A DNA stretch of 42,098 nt from Candidatus Aegiribacteria sp. (GCA_046498225.1 JAWOBF010000074.1:1-42098); one strand, 5' to 3'; positions 24,138-35,431 are shown, counted from the first letter of the stretch. The notes: generated by a model not told the origin, from the sequence alone. Translations and numbers: made by a program.

Positions 24138-26005
24138 GTCCCGAGGGCGGCAGCAGCGGAAAGGTCCTGGCCCTCGCCATCATGCGCGACGGCAAGGTGG
24201 TGAACAAGCTGATACCGGGCAGGGAACCGGTCAGAATGGGAACCGGCTACAACAACAACGTGGTGATAGAGGGCTCCGAACTGCCGGAGAGCATGATCCT
24301 CCTGGCTCCCGGAGAGGATTCGGAGACCTGGCTTCTGCGCCTCTCGAAGAACATGGACGCCGTCATCGAGTCGAGCGATGGCACAACGCTGAAGTTCTCG
24401 GACCTCAGGGACCTGGGAATATTCCCGCTGGATCCCGAGGACTTCTATCTTCTTAATATTAAATATCTTGACCAGGGACAGGTATTCGCGGGGGATTTCG
24501 CTATCCATTTCGGTTTCATCGAGCCTCCCCCTGCCGGCAGCGGCCCGCAGGAGAAGAAGGACAGGAAGCAGAAGAAGGACAGGGCGGATGAGCCGGAGAA
24601 GAGAGAAAAGGATGACAGGGTCCTGAAGATAGTGGTGGACGGACCCGAAGGTAAATCGGAGATCATACCCAATGCCGGCCTGGTGACGGTGGGCGAGGCG
24701 GATTACAATACAGTTACCGGCATGAACATCGGCCTTCCCCGAATTCATACCCTCCTGGAGCCCCGCGATGACAAGTACATGATGAGGCTCATACCCGGCA
24801 TCAAGGGCGGCGTGGAGGTAAAGGGAAACGTCATCCCCTTCGATACTCTCATCGAGCGCAACCTCATGCAGCAGGAAAATCCCGGTGACCCCTACGTATG
24901 GATCTTTGACAAGAACGTGAGCGGAGTATTCACGCTGGGAACCAAGGAGGTATTCTTCAGCTTCGTGCCTCCCCCTCCGCCGGAGGAGAAGCAGGCGGTG
25001 CTCCCGGAGATGCCCAGACAGAAGTACGTGGCTCCGGAGTACGACTGGAAGAACTTCGCCACCAGGCCGCACGAGGAAATAGCCATGAAGGGCAGCTCCG
25101 ATGAATCCAGCCGGATTTCCATCATTCTCGGACTCGGACTGGCACTGGCCCTTCTCACCGGCGCCGTGTTCGACAGGTTCGTAACCGTAGTGCACGAAAC
25201 CAAGGAACAGAGGCTTCGCAGCGCCCCCACCGCAAGGGTCGCCACCCTGGCCAGCCAGACGCGACAGAGTCAGGGCATCGGCGAGGAGATCGTCAGCGAT
25301 ATGGATATGGGAGAGGAGACCGTGGCGGTAGGCGAAGGCGGTGGAGGTCAGGCCGGCAGCGGAGGAGGCACCGGCGGAGGCACAACCGATGGTCAGGCGG
25401 CGGGAGAGGCTGTTCTGCAGAGCATAGGGTTCGCCGCCTACGGCACCGGCGCCGGAGGAGGTTCCGCCGGAATAGCCAGTGACCTGCAGTCCGCCGCAGC
25501 CAGCGGGGCGGGACTTGTTTCAGGCGGCGGAGGAGAAGCAGTGGCGGGAGCCATGGGCGGCGGTTCCGGCGGCATCAGCGGGCTTGTGGGTGAGGGGGGC
25601 GGCCCCAGCTCCAGCATCGAGGGGGTATCATCCAGTGAGGTGGAGGCGGTCCACAGGGCCGCGGAAGTATCCTTCTCCACCCATTCCTCCAGCACCGAGA
25701 TAGGCGTACAGGGTCGTACCATGACGGATATCCGCCGTAAGATCAACATGATAAACATGAGGGTAAAAAGAGCCTACGAAGATCTTCTAAGGAGCGACCC
25801 ATCCGCAGGAGGGACCATAAACGTGAATTTCTCCATCACTCCCGGCGGTACGGTGTCCGGAGTGAGCGTATCCGCGGGGGGCAGCCTCGCCGCACTGGAA
25901 CCCGCCGTGCGGGCCGCGGTGCAGTCGCTTAATTTCGGTCCCTCCAGCGAGCAGACGGCCAATATTCCCATGTCGGTTCCCATCAACCTGGTACCCCCGG
26001 AATAA
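24134..26005 (+). CDS. GltG/AgmX(PglI)-like TonB-type energy transducer
   Basis: Two cytoplasmic beta-rich repeats, one TM (aa 328-346), Gly-rich linker, C-terminal GR....I...I......AYE..L...P...G.I.V.F.I.P.G.V TonB-C-like domain. Confidence 0.75.
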   Translation: MSPEGGSSGKVLALAIMRDGKVVNKLIPGREPVRMGTGYNNNVVIEGSELPESMILLAPGEDSETWLLRLSKNMDAVIESSDGTTLKFSDLRDLGIFPLDPEDFYLLNIKYLDQGQVFAGDFAIHFGFIEPPPAGSGPQEKKDRKQKKDRADEPEKREKDDRVLKIVVDGPEGKSEIIPNAGLVTVGEADYNTVTGMNIGLPRIHTLLEPRDDKYMMRLIPGIKGGVEVKGNVIPFDTLIERNLMQQENPGDPYVWIFDKNVSGVFTLGTKEVFFSFVPPPPPEEKQAVLPEMPRQKYVAPEYDWKNFATRPHEEIAMKGSSDESSRISIILGLGLALALLTGAVFDRFVTVVHETKEQRLRSAPTARVATLASQTRQSQGIGEEIVSDMDMGEETVAVGEGGGGQAGSGGGTGGGTTDGQAAGEAVLQSIGFAAYGTGAGGGSAGIASDLQSAAASGAGLVSGGGGEAVAGAMGGGSGGISGLVGEGGGPSSSIEGVSSSEVEAVHRAAEVSFSTHSSSTEIGVQGRTMTDIRRKINMINMRVKRAYEDLLRSDPSAGGTINVNFSITPGGTVSGVSVSAGGSLAALEPAVRAAVQSLNFGPSSEQTANIPMSVPINLVPPE

Positions 26006-26021
26006 CAAAACAGTAGAAACG

Positions 26022-26053
26022 GAAAGCCCCGGGCCGGACGGCACGGGGCTTTC
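26022..26053. terminator. Hairpin terminator between convergent motor operon and groEL, possibly bidirectional
   Basis: GAAAGCCCCG...CGGGGCTTTC 10-bp inverted repeat. Confidence 0.7.
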
Positions 26054-26075
26054 TCGTCCGCGATGGAACGGGGGA

Positions 26076-27719
<1,644 letters not shown>

Positions 27720-27730
27720 TTACCTCCCGA

Positions 27731-28033
27731 TCACTTTTCGAGTACGGCGAGGATGTCATCCTCCCGCACTATAACGAACTCGTCATCCAGTACCTTTACG
27801 TCAGTACCGGAGTACTTGCCTATCAGGACACGATCACCCTTCTTGACCACCGGAGCTATGAAGCTGTTCCCGTCTTCGCTCCTCTTCCCCTCGCCTACGG
27901 CTTCAACTACGCCCTCGAGAGGCTTTTCCTTGGCCGTATCGGGGATCACTATCCCGCCTTTCACGACTTCTCTCGGCTCTTCCCGCTTTATCAGAACACG
28001 GTCAAAGAGCGGGCGAATTGTGCTTTCACCCAT
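27731..28033 (-). CDS. groES: Co-chaperonin GroES
   Basis: [32 protein letters not shown] 28033 is 7 nt from the GGGAG SD. Confidence 0.97.
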   Translation of the reverse strand: MGESTIRPLFDRVLIKREEPREVVKGGIVIPDTAKEKPLEGVVEAVGEGKRSEDGNSFIAPVVKKGDRVLIGKYSGTDVKVLDDEFVIVREDDILAVLEK

Positions 28034-28103
28034 CTGCATTCTCCCTTCTTTCTGAACTTTCTAGGGTTCGGTTGATATTCAAAAAATACGCACACATAAG
28101 TAA

Positions 28104-28120
28104 AGCAAGGTAAGTGCCAA
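28104..28120 (-). promoter_or_regulatory. Sigma-54 (-24/-12) promoter of groESL
   Basis: Minus strand TTGGCACTTACCTTGCT = YTGGCAC-N5-TTGCW with exact GG-N10-GC spacing, about 70 nt upstream of groES. Confidence 0.75.
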
Positions 28121-28331
28121 CCGACTTTCCGTATTCGAAACGGCGGCAGAAGAACGTGCGGCGCACACTTATATGTAGTCATCAGGCTGAGGCGGGCAAT
28201 TGCATGATGGAATATTGCAGGAATCGTGAGTCAGAATGGCACAACGGATCAACCTGAATGTGTCCGCAATAGCATTTCAGTTATATTTATCTTTCGGGAC
28301 CGGCCTGCATCACACCAGCAGTGGAGTACAG

Positions 28332-29843
28332 ATGAACAGAGTTATCATAGGCAGCAGAGGAACCGACCTGGAGCAGGTTTCGGCGGTAGCCGGCGGTGCC
28401 CTGGCGTCCCTGTCCGACGAAGCCAGGGCCGCGGTGAGAGAATCCAGACGGGTTACCGAGGAGATCGCAGAAAGCGGAAGACCCGTTTACGGGGTCAATA
28501 CGGGATTCGGCAGACTGGCCAACACCATCGTCAGCAGGGACAACCTGGACGTTCTCCAGAGAAACCTTCTGCTGAGCCATGCCTGTGGAACCGGACCCCT
28601 CTGTTCACGCGACCTTACAAGGGTGATGATGTTCCTTCGAATAGCTTCCCTGGCACGGGGCAGATCTGGAATAAGGGAGCAGACCCTCGACCAGATGCTG
28701 GCCATCCTGAACAGTGATGTGTATCCCGCTGTTCCCCTCAAGGGCTCCCTGGGCGCATCCGGCGACCTTGCTCCCCTCGCGCATCTCAGTCTCCCCCTCA
28801 TAGGCCGGGGAAATTGCGTAAGCAACGGGGAGATCATCTCCGGAGAGGAGGCCCTGGAGGAGCTGGGCCTGGTTCCGGTGGTCCTGGGGGCCAAGGAGGG
28901 CCTGGCCCTGATAAACGGTACACAGACAATGACGGCCCTGACCGCGATGGCGTACATACAGGCGCTGAGACTGGCGGACGCCGCGGATACCGCTGCTGCG
29001 ATGTCTCTGGAGGTCCTTCTGGGCACCACCCGACCCTTCAACGAGGAGCTTATTGGCCTAAGGCCCCATCCCGGAGCTGTAGAGACCGCGAATAACCTGC
29101 GTGAACTGGTAATGGACAGTGAGATACTGGTATCGCACAAGGCCTGTGACAAGGTTCAGGACGCCTACTCCCTCCGGTGTGTCCCCCAGGTACACGGAGC
29201 CAGCCGGGATGCTCTTCGCTACATAGGGTCGGTCCTGTCCGTGGAGCTGGGCTCCGTAACCGATAATCCTCTTCTCATGCGGGACGGAACATACGTGAGC
29301 GGAGGGAATTTCCACGGCCAGCCGGTCGCCCTGGCCGCGGACCACCTCGCGGTCGCGGCCGCGGAACTGGCCGACATATCTGAGAGAAGGACCGAACGTC
29401 TTCTCAACCCGGACCTCAGCGGACTGCCCGCCTTCCTCTCACCGGACCCGGGGCTGAACTCCGGCTTCATGATAGCCCAGTACACCGCCGCGTCGCTGGT
29501 GAGCGAGAACAAGGTCCTGGCCCATCCAGCCAGCGTGGACAGCATTCCCGTCAGCGGTTCCCAGGAGGACCACGTATCCATGGGGACCACCGCGGCCTAC
29601 CAGGCTCTCAGCATAGTTGACAACGCGGTTCACGTGCTGGCCACCGAACTGGTCTGCGCGGCCCAGGCCGCGGAGTTCCTGAAGAGGGGAAAGCACGGGA
29701 GGGGAACCGGCCTGGTGTACCGGACGATCCGGGAAAAGGTGGAACCCCTGGAAGAGGACAGACAGTTCCACGGGGACATAGAGGCCGTGGCCGATATGAT
29801 CTCCGACGGAACATTCTCGGAAATACTCAGGTCGCTGAAGTGA
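28332..29843 (+). CDS. hutH: Histidine ammonia-lyase
   Basis: VYGVNTGFG, LSHACG, GSLGASGDLAPLAH (MIO Ala-Ser-Gly), QDAYSLRC.PQVHG, GGNFHG, QEDHVSMG; GGAG before ATG 28332. Confidence 0.96.
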   Translation: MNRVIIGSRGTDLEQVSAVAGGALASLSDEARAAVRESRRVTEEIAESGRPVYGVNTGFGRLANTIVSRDNLDVLQRNLLLSHACGTGPLCSRDLTRVMMFLRIASLARGRSGIREQTLDQMLAILNSDVYPAVPLKGSLGASGDLAPLAHLSLPLIGRGNCVSNGEIISGEEALEELGLVPVVLGAKEGLALINGTQTMTALTAMAYIQALRLADAADTAAAMSLEVLLGTTRPFNEELIGLRPHPGAVETANNLRELVMDSEILVSHKACDKVQDAYSLRCVPQVHGASRDALRYIGSVLSVELGSVTDNPLLMRDGTYVSGGNFHGQPVALAADHLAVAAAELADISERRTERLLNPDLSGLPAFLSPDPGLNSGFMIAQYTAASLVSENKVLAHPASVDSIPVSGSQEDHVSMGTTAAYQALSIVDNAVHVLATELVCAAQAAEFLKRGKHGRGTGLVYRTIREKVEPLEEDRQFHGDIEAVADMISDGTFSEILRSLK

Positions 29844-29848
29844 ACTGA

Positions 29849-30262
29849 TCAGGCTTCGTAGAGACCGGGGTCCCTGGACGGCGCCGGCTGTTCACCCCCC
29901 ATGTCGAAACCGGATTCCTCCAGGTCCCTCTCGACCTTCTCGGGGTCCTCTCCGGCTTCCAGTCTGCTGAGGGCCTCGGTGACCCGGGGCCCCAGGTCCT
30001 CGTCCATCTCGTCGGCCATGTGTCTTATGGCCCTGGCCATAGCCCTGGGGTCTTCCGTATCCAGTCCCGCCAGGTCCGGGTCCTCCGCCAGGTCGTCCAT
30101 GGATGCGGAACCTCTTTTTACGGCAAAGGAACTCATGACCCTCTCCATCCGGTCACCCTCGCCGCACCGGGGGCAGACGGGGGCGGTATGGGAAGACGGC
30201 CTTCTGACAAGGAACTGGAAGATGGTGTTGCACCTTCCACAGAGGTATTCATAGATCGGCAT
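29849..30262 (-). CDS. FmdB-family zinc-ribbon protein
   Basis: MPIYEY.C..C...CP.CG; acidic helical C-terminus RLEAGEDPE. Confidence 0.85.
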   Translation of the reverse strand: MPIYEYLCGRCNTIFQFLVRRPSSHTAPVCPRCGEGDRMERVMSSFAVKRGSASMDDLAEDPDLAGLDTEDPRAMARAIRHMADEMDEDLGPRVTEALSRLEAGEDPEKVERDLEESGFDMGGEQPAPSRDPGLYEA

Positions 30263-30857
30263 CGTCAGCTCCTTCCAGGATACCGTGCTCTTTCAGGAAC
30301 AGCCTGTGCACCCTGACGTCCGCCGTGAGCTCGGGATGAAAGGAGGACATCCACAGGTTATCCTGCCTCAGCAGCACCGGTCCGTCCTCAACCCTGCTGA
30401 GGACTTCAACACGCTTTGAGAGAGGTTCGAGAAGGGGCGCGCGGATGAAGACCCCCTTGAAGGGCCTCGACAGGCCGCGTATCCTGATCGGCTGGATGAA
30501 GCTGCTTGTCTGCCGGCCGAAGTAGTTCCGGACGGCCTTTACGTCCGCCAGAGCCAGGCTGTCCTGGGAGATGTCATGCTCCTTCTCCAGGATGACCCTG
30601 CACAGGAGAATGGCGCCGGCGCAGGTCCCGAAGATCGGGAAACCCTTCCCGCCCATCTGCCTGAGCTTCCGCGTCAGCCCCCACCTGTTCATGAGAGAGA
30701 TGAGAGTCGTGGATTCCCCTCCGGGAAGGAAGAGCGCGGAGATGTCCTCCAGGTCCGCGGGTGTGCGTACCTCCCTGACCCCGCATCCCAGGATTTCCAG
30801 AATGGAAACATGCTCCCTCACCCCTCCCTGAAGGGCAAGAACTCCAACCGAAGGCAA
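30249..30857 (-). CDS. pdxT: Pyridoxal 5'-phosphate synthase glutaminase subunit
   Basis: GVLALQG, PGGESTT, GTCAG, RN.FGRQ, FIRAP, FHPEL. Confidence 0.96.
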   Translation of the reverse strand: MPSVGVLALQGGVREHVSILEILGCGVREVRTPADLEDISALFLPGGESTTLISLMNRWGLTRKLRQMGGKGFPIFGTCAGAILLCRVILEKEHDISQDSLALADVKAVRNYFGRQTSSFIQPIRIRGLSRPFKGVFIRAPLLEPLSKRVEVLSRVEDGPVLLRQDNLWMSSFHPELTADVRVHRLFLKEHGILEGADDADL

Positions 30858-30860
30858 TGC

Positions 30861-31754
30861 TCACCAGCCCCTGTGAGCCATTCGCTCTTCATCGCCGAGT
30901 GTGGAGATGTTTATGCCCACTATGGCCTCGCCCAGGTCCTCTGAGACCCTGGCGAGAGTTTCGGGGTCGTTGAACCTGCTCACCGCCTCAACGATGGCCC
31001 TGCCTCTCTTCTCGGGGTTGCCGCTCTTGAAGATCCCGCTGCCCACGAAAACCCCGTCCATGCCAAGCTGCATCATCATCGCCGCGTCGGCCGGAGTCGC
31101 GACTCCGCCGGCCGCGAAATTCACCACAGGAAGGGCTCCTTCTTCGTGTACGTAACGGACCAGATCGTAAGGGGCTCCCATCCGTTTGGCAATGGACATC
31201 AACTCATCCTCAGGGGTGGAAGCCAGTCTTCTGATGGAACCCAGCACCGCTCTGGCGTGCCTGACGGCCTCCACCACGTTGCCGGTACCGGCCTCACCCT
31301 TGGTGCGGATCATTGCAGCCCCTTCCCCTATCCTTCGCAGCGCCTCACCCAGGTCCGTGGCTCCGCAGACGAAAGGCACTCCGAAATTGAACTTATTCAC
31401 GTGGTTCGCTTCGTCGGCGGGGGTAAGGACCTCGGATTCGTCTATAAAGTCCACCTCGAGGGCTTCCAGTATCTGGGCTTCGACGAAATGCCCGATGCGG
31501 CACTTGGCCATTACGGGAATGTCCACCTCCTCCTGTATCTCCTTTATCATCCGGGGGTCTGACATTCTGGCCACCCCGCCCTGGGCGCGGATGTCCGCCG
31601 GTACTCTCTCCAGGGCCATTACCGCCACCGCCCCCGCCTCCTGGGCTATGGCTGCCTGCTCCGGAGTGACCACATCCATGATCACTCCGCCCTTCAGCAT
31701 CTGGGCAAGGCCCTTCTTGGCCTCCCAGGTGCCCTCTTTCCTTGTTTCGTTCAT
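30861..31754 (-). CDS. pdxS: Pyridoxal 5'-phosphate synthase lyase subunit
   Basis: [42 protein letters not shown]. Confidence 0.98.
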   Translation of the reverse strand: MNETRKEGTWEAKKGLAQMLKGGVIMDVVTPEQAAIAQEAGAVAVMALERVPADIRAQGGVARMSDPRMIKEIQEEVDIPVMAKCRIGHFVEAQILEALEVDFIDESEVLTPADEANHVNKFNFGVPFVCGATDLGEALRRIGEGAAMIRTKGEAGTGNVVEAVRHARAVLGSIRRLASTPEDELMSIAKRMGAPYDLVRYVHEEGALPVVNFAAGGVATPADAAMMMQLGMDGVFVGSGIFKSGNPEKRGRAIVEAVSRFNDPETLARVSEDLGEAIVGINISTLGDEERMAHRGW

Positions 31755-32227
31755 TGGATACCCTCTTCCGATAATAGTTCAAACAGGACCATCTCCGAAC
31801 GGCGCCAGGCCGAATCCGCTTCCAGCAGCCTGGCTTCAAGTTCCACGCTCACCGCGCTGTCCGGAAGGAGGGGACCGTGATACGCGCTCTGTATCTCCGA
31901 GAACACCTCGAAGAGATTCCCGGTGAGGGTCACGTATTCGTCCCAGACGCTCCTCGAACTGTCCTCAGGGAACAGAGCTTCTCCGTCCAGCTCCATCAGT
32001 TCATCAATTGCCGCCCCCGCCCTCAGCCATGCCAGGTCCAGCAGCCACATCCGCAGCGGGGTGTCCGGCAACACCGGGCATTCGGGAACAGCTTCCAGGT
32101 AGGCGTCCAGAAGTCCGGACACCTCCCTGTCCAGGTCCACCAGGAGCGGGAACGTTCCCGGGGAAGCCGCCGCCGCCGAAGGAAACGTCAGGCACAGTAT
32201 GAGAGCGGATAATACCTTCGCGTTCAT
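31751..32227 (-). CDS. Hypothetical exported protein
   Basis: Signal-peptide-like [25 protein letters not shown] coupling to pdxS; start uncertain. Confidence 0.55.
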   Translation of the reverse strand: MNAKVLSALILCLTFPSAAAASPGTFPLLVDLDREVSGLLDAYLEAVPECPVLPDTPLRMWLLDLAWLRAGAAIDELMELDGEALFPEDSSRSVWDEYVTLTGNLFEVFSEIQSAYHGPLLPDSAVSVELEARLLEADSAWRRSEMVLFELLSEEGIQ

Positions 32228-32346
32228 GATACGAATATAGGGTCTTCCCACCCGATTTTCAAGAATGGGACCGGACGGCCTTTTCGAATGGGGGGGGCGG
32301 TTGTAGATTAACTGAAATAAACTTCTTCCGTCGAAAGTGAGTTATC

Positions 32347-32736
32347 TTGAGGATCCTGCTGCCGGCCCTCGTCGCGATCGCGTCCACCGTTCCGGGAGAC
32401 ATAGGCTCAGATCTGGCGGAGGTCGGTGTTCCCGTCAGTTCCGTCGAACTCACAGACAGCATGCTGGTGGTTGAGATGTCCGGCTGCCTGTCCCGGGGAG
32501 ATTCGCTTCTGAAGCATTACGGCGGCGTTTTCTATACCGCGGTTGACAGTATACTGGCGGGCTGGGATGTAGTGGGAATTGCCGTAAGGATAGACCAGGC
32601 CACCCTGGTGTTCGGGAGGGACGACATGTTCCGAATGTTCGACTGGATATCGGATGCAACCGGGGAGGAGGCCATCGCCGAGTGGGTCCTGAACAATACA
32701 CGGGTCATCAGGGAGGAGGACCTGTCCCCGCCCTAG
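32347..32736 (+). CDS. Hypothetical exported protein
   Basis: TTG start, hydrophobic N-terminus, acidic globular body; fills the gap between convergent genes. Confidence 0.5.
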   Translation: MRILLPALVAIASTVPGDIGSDLAEVGVPVSSVELTDSMLVVEMSGCLSRGDSLLKHYGGVFYTAVDSILAGWDVVGIAVRIDQATLVFGRDDMFRMFDWISDATGEEAIAEWVLNNTRVIREEDLSPP

Positions 32737-34181
32737 AGCCCGCCCTTTCCGAACAGCATGACCGGGAAGGTCTTGAGTATCAGCTTTACATTCAACCCGT
32801 CCGTGCGTGACAGAACGTAAACGAAATCCAGGAACTGTGACTTTTCGAAACTGAGCCTGCTCCTGCCGTAGACCTGCCATATTCCCGTCAGCCCCGGTTT
32901 CACAGTGAACCTCACCTGAAGCCATTCCCTGTCGTAGAACTCCAGTTCGTATCCGATGCATGGCCTCGGCCCCACTATGCTCATTTCACCCCGCATCACG
33001 TTCAGTATCTGGGGAAGCTCATCTATCGAAGTCTTCCTGATGATCTTTCCCACCGGGGTCACCGCCCTGGGGCTGATGGTCTTGAATACACCGCCGTTCC
33101 CGTCACTGGAGGCCGCGCTTCCGTTGACGTACTGCCTGAAGTATTTCCTGTGTGCGGTCCGTCTTTCCCCGACCTCGGTCCTCATGGACCTGAACTTCAG
33201 GAAGTTGAAAACTTTCCTGTCCTGGCCGACCCGCTTCTGCATGTAGAGCACGCTTCCACTGCTGGTAAGGGCGATAGCCGGAACGGTGACCAGGATGACG
33301 GGCAGGAAGAGGATGGCTCCAAGCAATGCAGCCGCGACATCCACTGCGCGCCACAATATCCCGGACAGATGGGTCCATTCCCTGCTGGAGAAGACCATTG
33401 CGCCGTAGCCGTACATGGAAAGCCATGGATCGAAATAGCCCAGTTCCGGTATTCTCTTCGAGAAGATCACGAACGGTATGCCCCGCCGTCTGGTGAGAAG
33501 GGAGAACTCCGCTATCTCATCGAAGTCCTCATCCTCGAAGACAATCATCAGCTCTTCGGCGTTCTCCCTTTTCATTACCTCCATACAGGCGCTGAGCCTT
33601 TCCTTCGGGTCGCGGGGCAGAGGCTCCGCGAATACCTTGACATCCAGAACGGACCTGCAGGAAGGCGATCTGAGCATGGAACTCCTCAACCTCCCGGCGA
33701 TCCTCTCCTCCCCGAAGACGATTATCCCTATGTTTCCCGCGCGCCTTACCAGGAACGAGAACAGTCCGGGAATGAACAGAAGCCTCGAGATGATGGTCAG
33801 CCCCATCCACAGGGCTATCATCGTCAGAACGGCCAGCCTGCTGCAAAGGAAGACCCGGGTGGGGAAATGGGTGACGAAGAGCACCACTATGAAGATAACC
33901 GAAATGGAGACTATCATCCTTATGGTCCTGAAGATGTTCATGGACCTGTTGACCGTGGTCCTTACCACGTAGAGATTCTCCACCATCATTGCAAGGATCT
34001 GGGACAGGGTCAGGAAGACCCATGTACCCATCATGGCCGACGGCGGGGCCTCCGGTGTATCCAGTGAACCGAACCGTATCAGCACCGCCAGGACGATGGA
34101 GATACCGACGATAAGGAAATCGGTGATCAGGATGGTAAGGAAGTACAACCTGTCGAGCTGGTAGCTCCGCCTCAGCGGCAA
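32733..34181 (-). CDS. Polyprenyl-phosphate sugar phosphotransferase (WbaP/WcaJ-like priming transferase)
   Basis: Four N-terminal TMs plus a fifth; KFRSM, IRKTSIDELPQ..NV..GEMSIVGPRP, VKPGLTGIWQV. Confidence 0.9.
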   Translation of the reverse strand: MPLRRSYQLDRLYFLTILITDFLIVGISIVLAVLIRFGSLDTPEAPPSAMMGTWVFLTLSQILAMMVENLYVVRTTVNRSMNIFRTIRMIVSISVIFIVVLFVTHFPTRVFLCSRLAVLTMIALWMGLTIISRLLFIPGLFSFLVRRAGNIGIIVFGEERIAGRLRSSMLRSPSCRSVLDVKVFAEPLPRDPKERLSACMEVMKRENAEELMIVFEDEDFDEIAEFSLLTRRRGIPFVIFSKRIPELGYFDPWLSMYGYGAMVFSSREWTHLSGILWRAVDVAAALLGAILFLPVILVTVPAIALTSSGSVLYMQKRVGQDRKVFNFLKFRSMRTEVGERRTAHRKYFRQYVNGSAASSDGNGGVFKTISPRAVTPVGKIIRKTSIDELPQILNVMRGEMSIVGPRPCIGYELEFYDREWLQVRFTVKPGLTGIWQVYGRSRLSFEKSQFLDFVYVLSRTDGLNVKLILKTFPVMLFGKGGL

Positions 34182-34185
34182 GGTA

Positions 34186-35334
34186 TCACCTCCCGGCGAA
34201 GAAAGCTCTCACGCCGCCGGCCACAGTCTCCTGCTGTTCCCTTGTGATATCGGGGAACATGGGCAGGGTGATATTGCAGCTGCTGTTCCACTCGGAAACC
34301 GGGAAATCACCCTCCCGGCATCCCAGGTAGGAGTAGGCCGGCTGCGTATGCAGTGGAACCGGGTAATGGAGTCCCGACGCTATATCCCTTCGGGACAGGA
34401 ACTCTCTCAGGTCATCTCTGTGGGGCGTATGGGCCGCGTAGAGATGGTAGACGTGGCGGGTCTCCCCACTGGGTACCGGCAGGTCCAGCGGCAGGTCGGC
34501 CAGCAGCCGGTCGTAGATACCCGCGGCCCTTATCCGGCGGTCGTTCCATTCATGTATGTACCTGACCTTCACTCCCAGTACGGCTCCCTGGAAGGCGGAC
34601 ATCCTGTAATTATGGCCTATCATGTCGTAGTAGTATTTCTCCCTGGAGCCATGGTCCCTGAGCATTCTCACCCTGGCGGCCATTTCATCGGAGTCGGTGG
34701 TGACGGCCCCGCCCTCTCCGAAAGCGCCCAGGTTCTTACCCGGGTAGAAGCTGAAGGCGGCCGCGCTTCCGAAACTCCCGGCCGGCCTGCCGTCCCTGCT
34801 GGCGTCATGGGCCTGACAGGCATCCTCGAACACCGTCAGACCGTACTTTTCGGCTGTTCTTTCAATCTCCGCCATCTCCGCCGGCTGTCCGTAGAGGTCA
34901 ACGGCAAGTATTCCCCTGATGGTGGCCCCGGTCCCGGGGTCCACCGGTTTTCCGGTTCCGGAGCAGGATTGAAGGAAATCTTCCAGCTTCTCCGGGGAGA
35001 GGTTCAGGGTTTCTCTGTCCACGTCCACGAAAACCGGTACATGGCCGGCCAGCACTATGCCCTCCGCCGAAGCGGTGAAGGTGTTGGGGGGAAGGATGAT
35101 CCCGCTCCCGGGTTCAAGGTCTGCCGCCCATATCATGAGGTGCACCGCCGCGGTTCCGCTGGAAACGGCTATACAGTGTTTCGTTCCGGCCACCGAAGCG
35201 AAGCTCTCCTCGAAGGCTGCCACCTTGGGACCGAGAACGTAGTGGCAGGTTTCCAGGACCTCCGCCAGTTCTGCTTCTACTTCTTGCCTGATCTGGCTGT
35301 ACTGGGTCTTGAGGTCGATAAATGGTACTGACAT
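34186..35334 (-). CDS. DegT/DnrJ/EryC1/StrS sugar aminotransferase
   Basis: VPFIDL, SSGT.A, EDACQAH, FSFYPGKNLGA.GEGG, HVYHLY; GGAGG before ATG 35334. Confidence 0.93.
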   Translation of the reverse strand: MSVPFIDLKTQYSQIRQEVEAELAEVLETCHYVLGPKVAAFEESFASVAGTKHCIAVSSGTAAVHLMIWAADLEPGSGIILPPNTFTASAEGIVLAGHVPVFVDVDRETLNLSPEKLEDFLQSCSGTGKPVDPGTGATIRGILAVDLYGQPAEMAEIERTAEKYGLTVFEDACQAHDASRDGRPAGSFGSAAAFSFYPGKNLGAFGEGGAVTTDSDEMAARVRMLRDHGSREKYYYDMIGHNYRMSAFQGAVLGVKVRYIHEWNDRRIRAAGIYDRLLADLPLDLPVPSGETRHVYHLYAAHTPHRDDLREFLSRRDIASGLHYPVPLHTQPAYSYLGCREGDFPVSEWNSSCNITLPMFPDITREQQETVAGGVRAFFAGR

Positions 35335-35431
35335 AAGCAAACCTCCCGCTTGTTCTTTCAAGAATCTACATTTAACGATAATCTAATAAAAAGCTGTTGC
35401 CGGGTCAGCAGCCCTGTTGTAAATTCGGTGG

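Noticed and set aside
25330..25625. GGC/GGA-rich low-complexity DNA as a repeat array
   Set aside because: Coding Gly-rich linker; no spacer-repeat structure, so not CRISPR
22150..26005. Ordinary TonB-ExbBD uptake or Tol-Pal locus
   Set aside because: No TonB-dependent receptor, tolB or pal nearby; two dissimilar ExbDs, a large cytoplasmic N-terminus and TPR/CglF-like partners fit Agl-Glt better
28095..28125. CIRCE element before groES
   Set aside because: TTGGCACT resembles the left arm, but there is no right arm at N9 spacing; sigma-54 fits better
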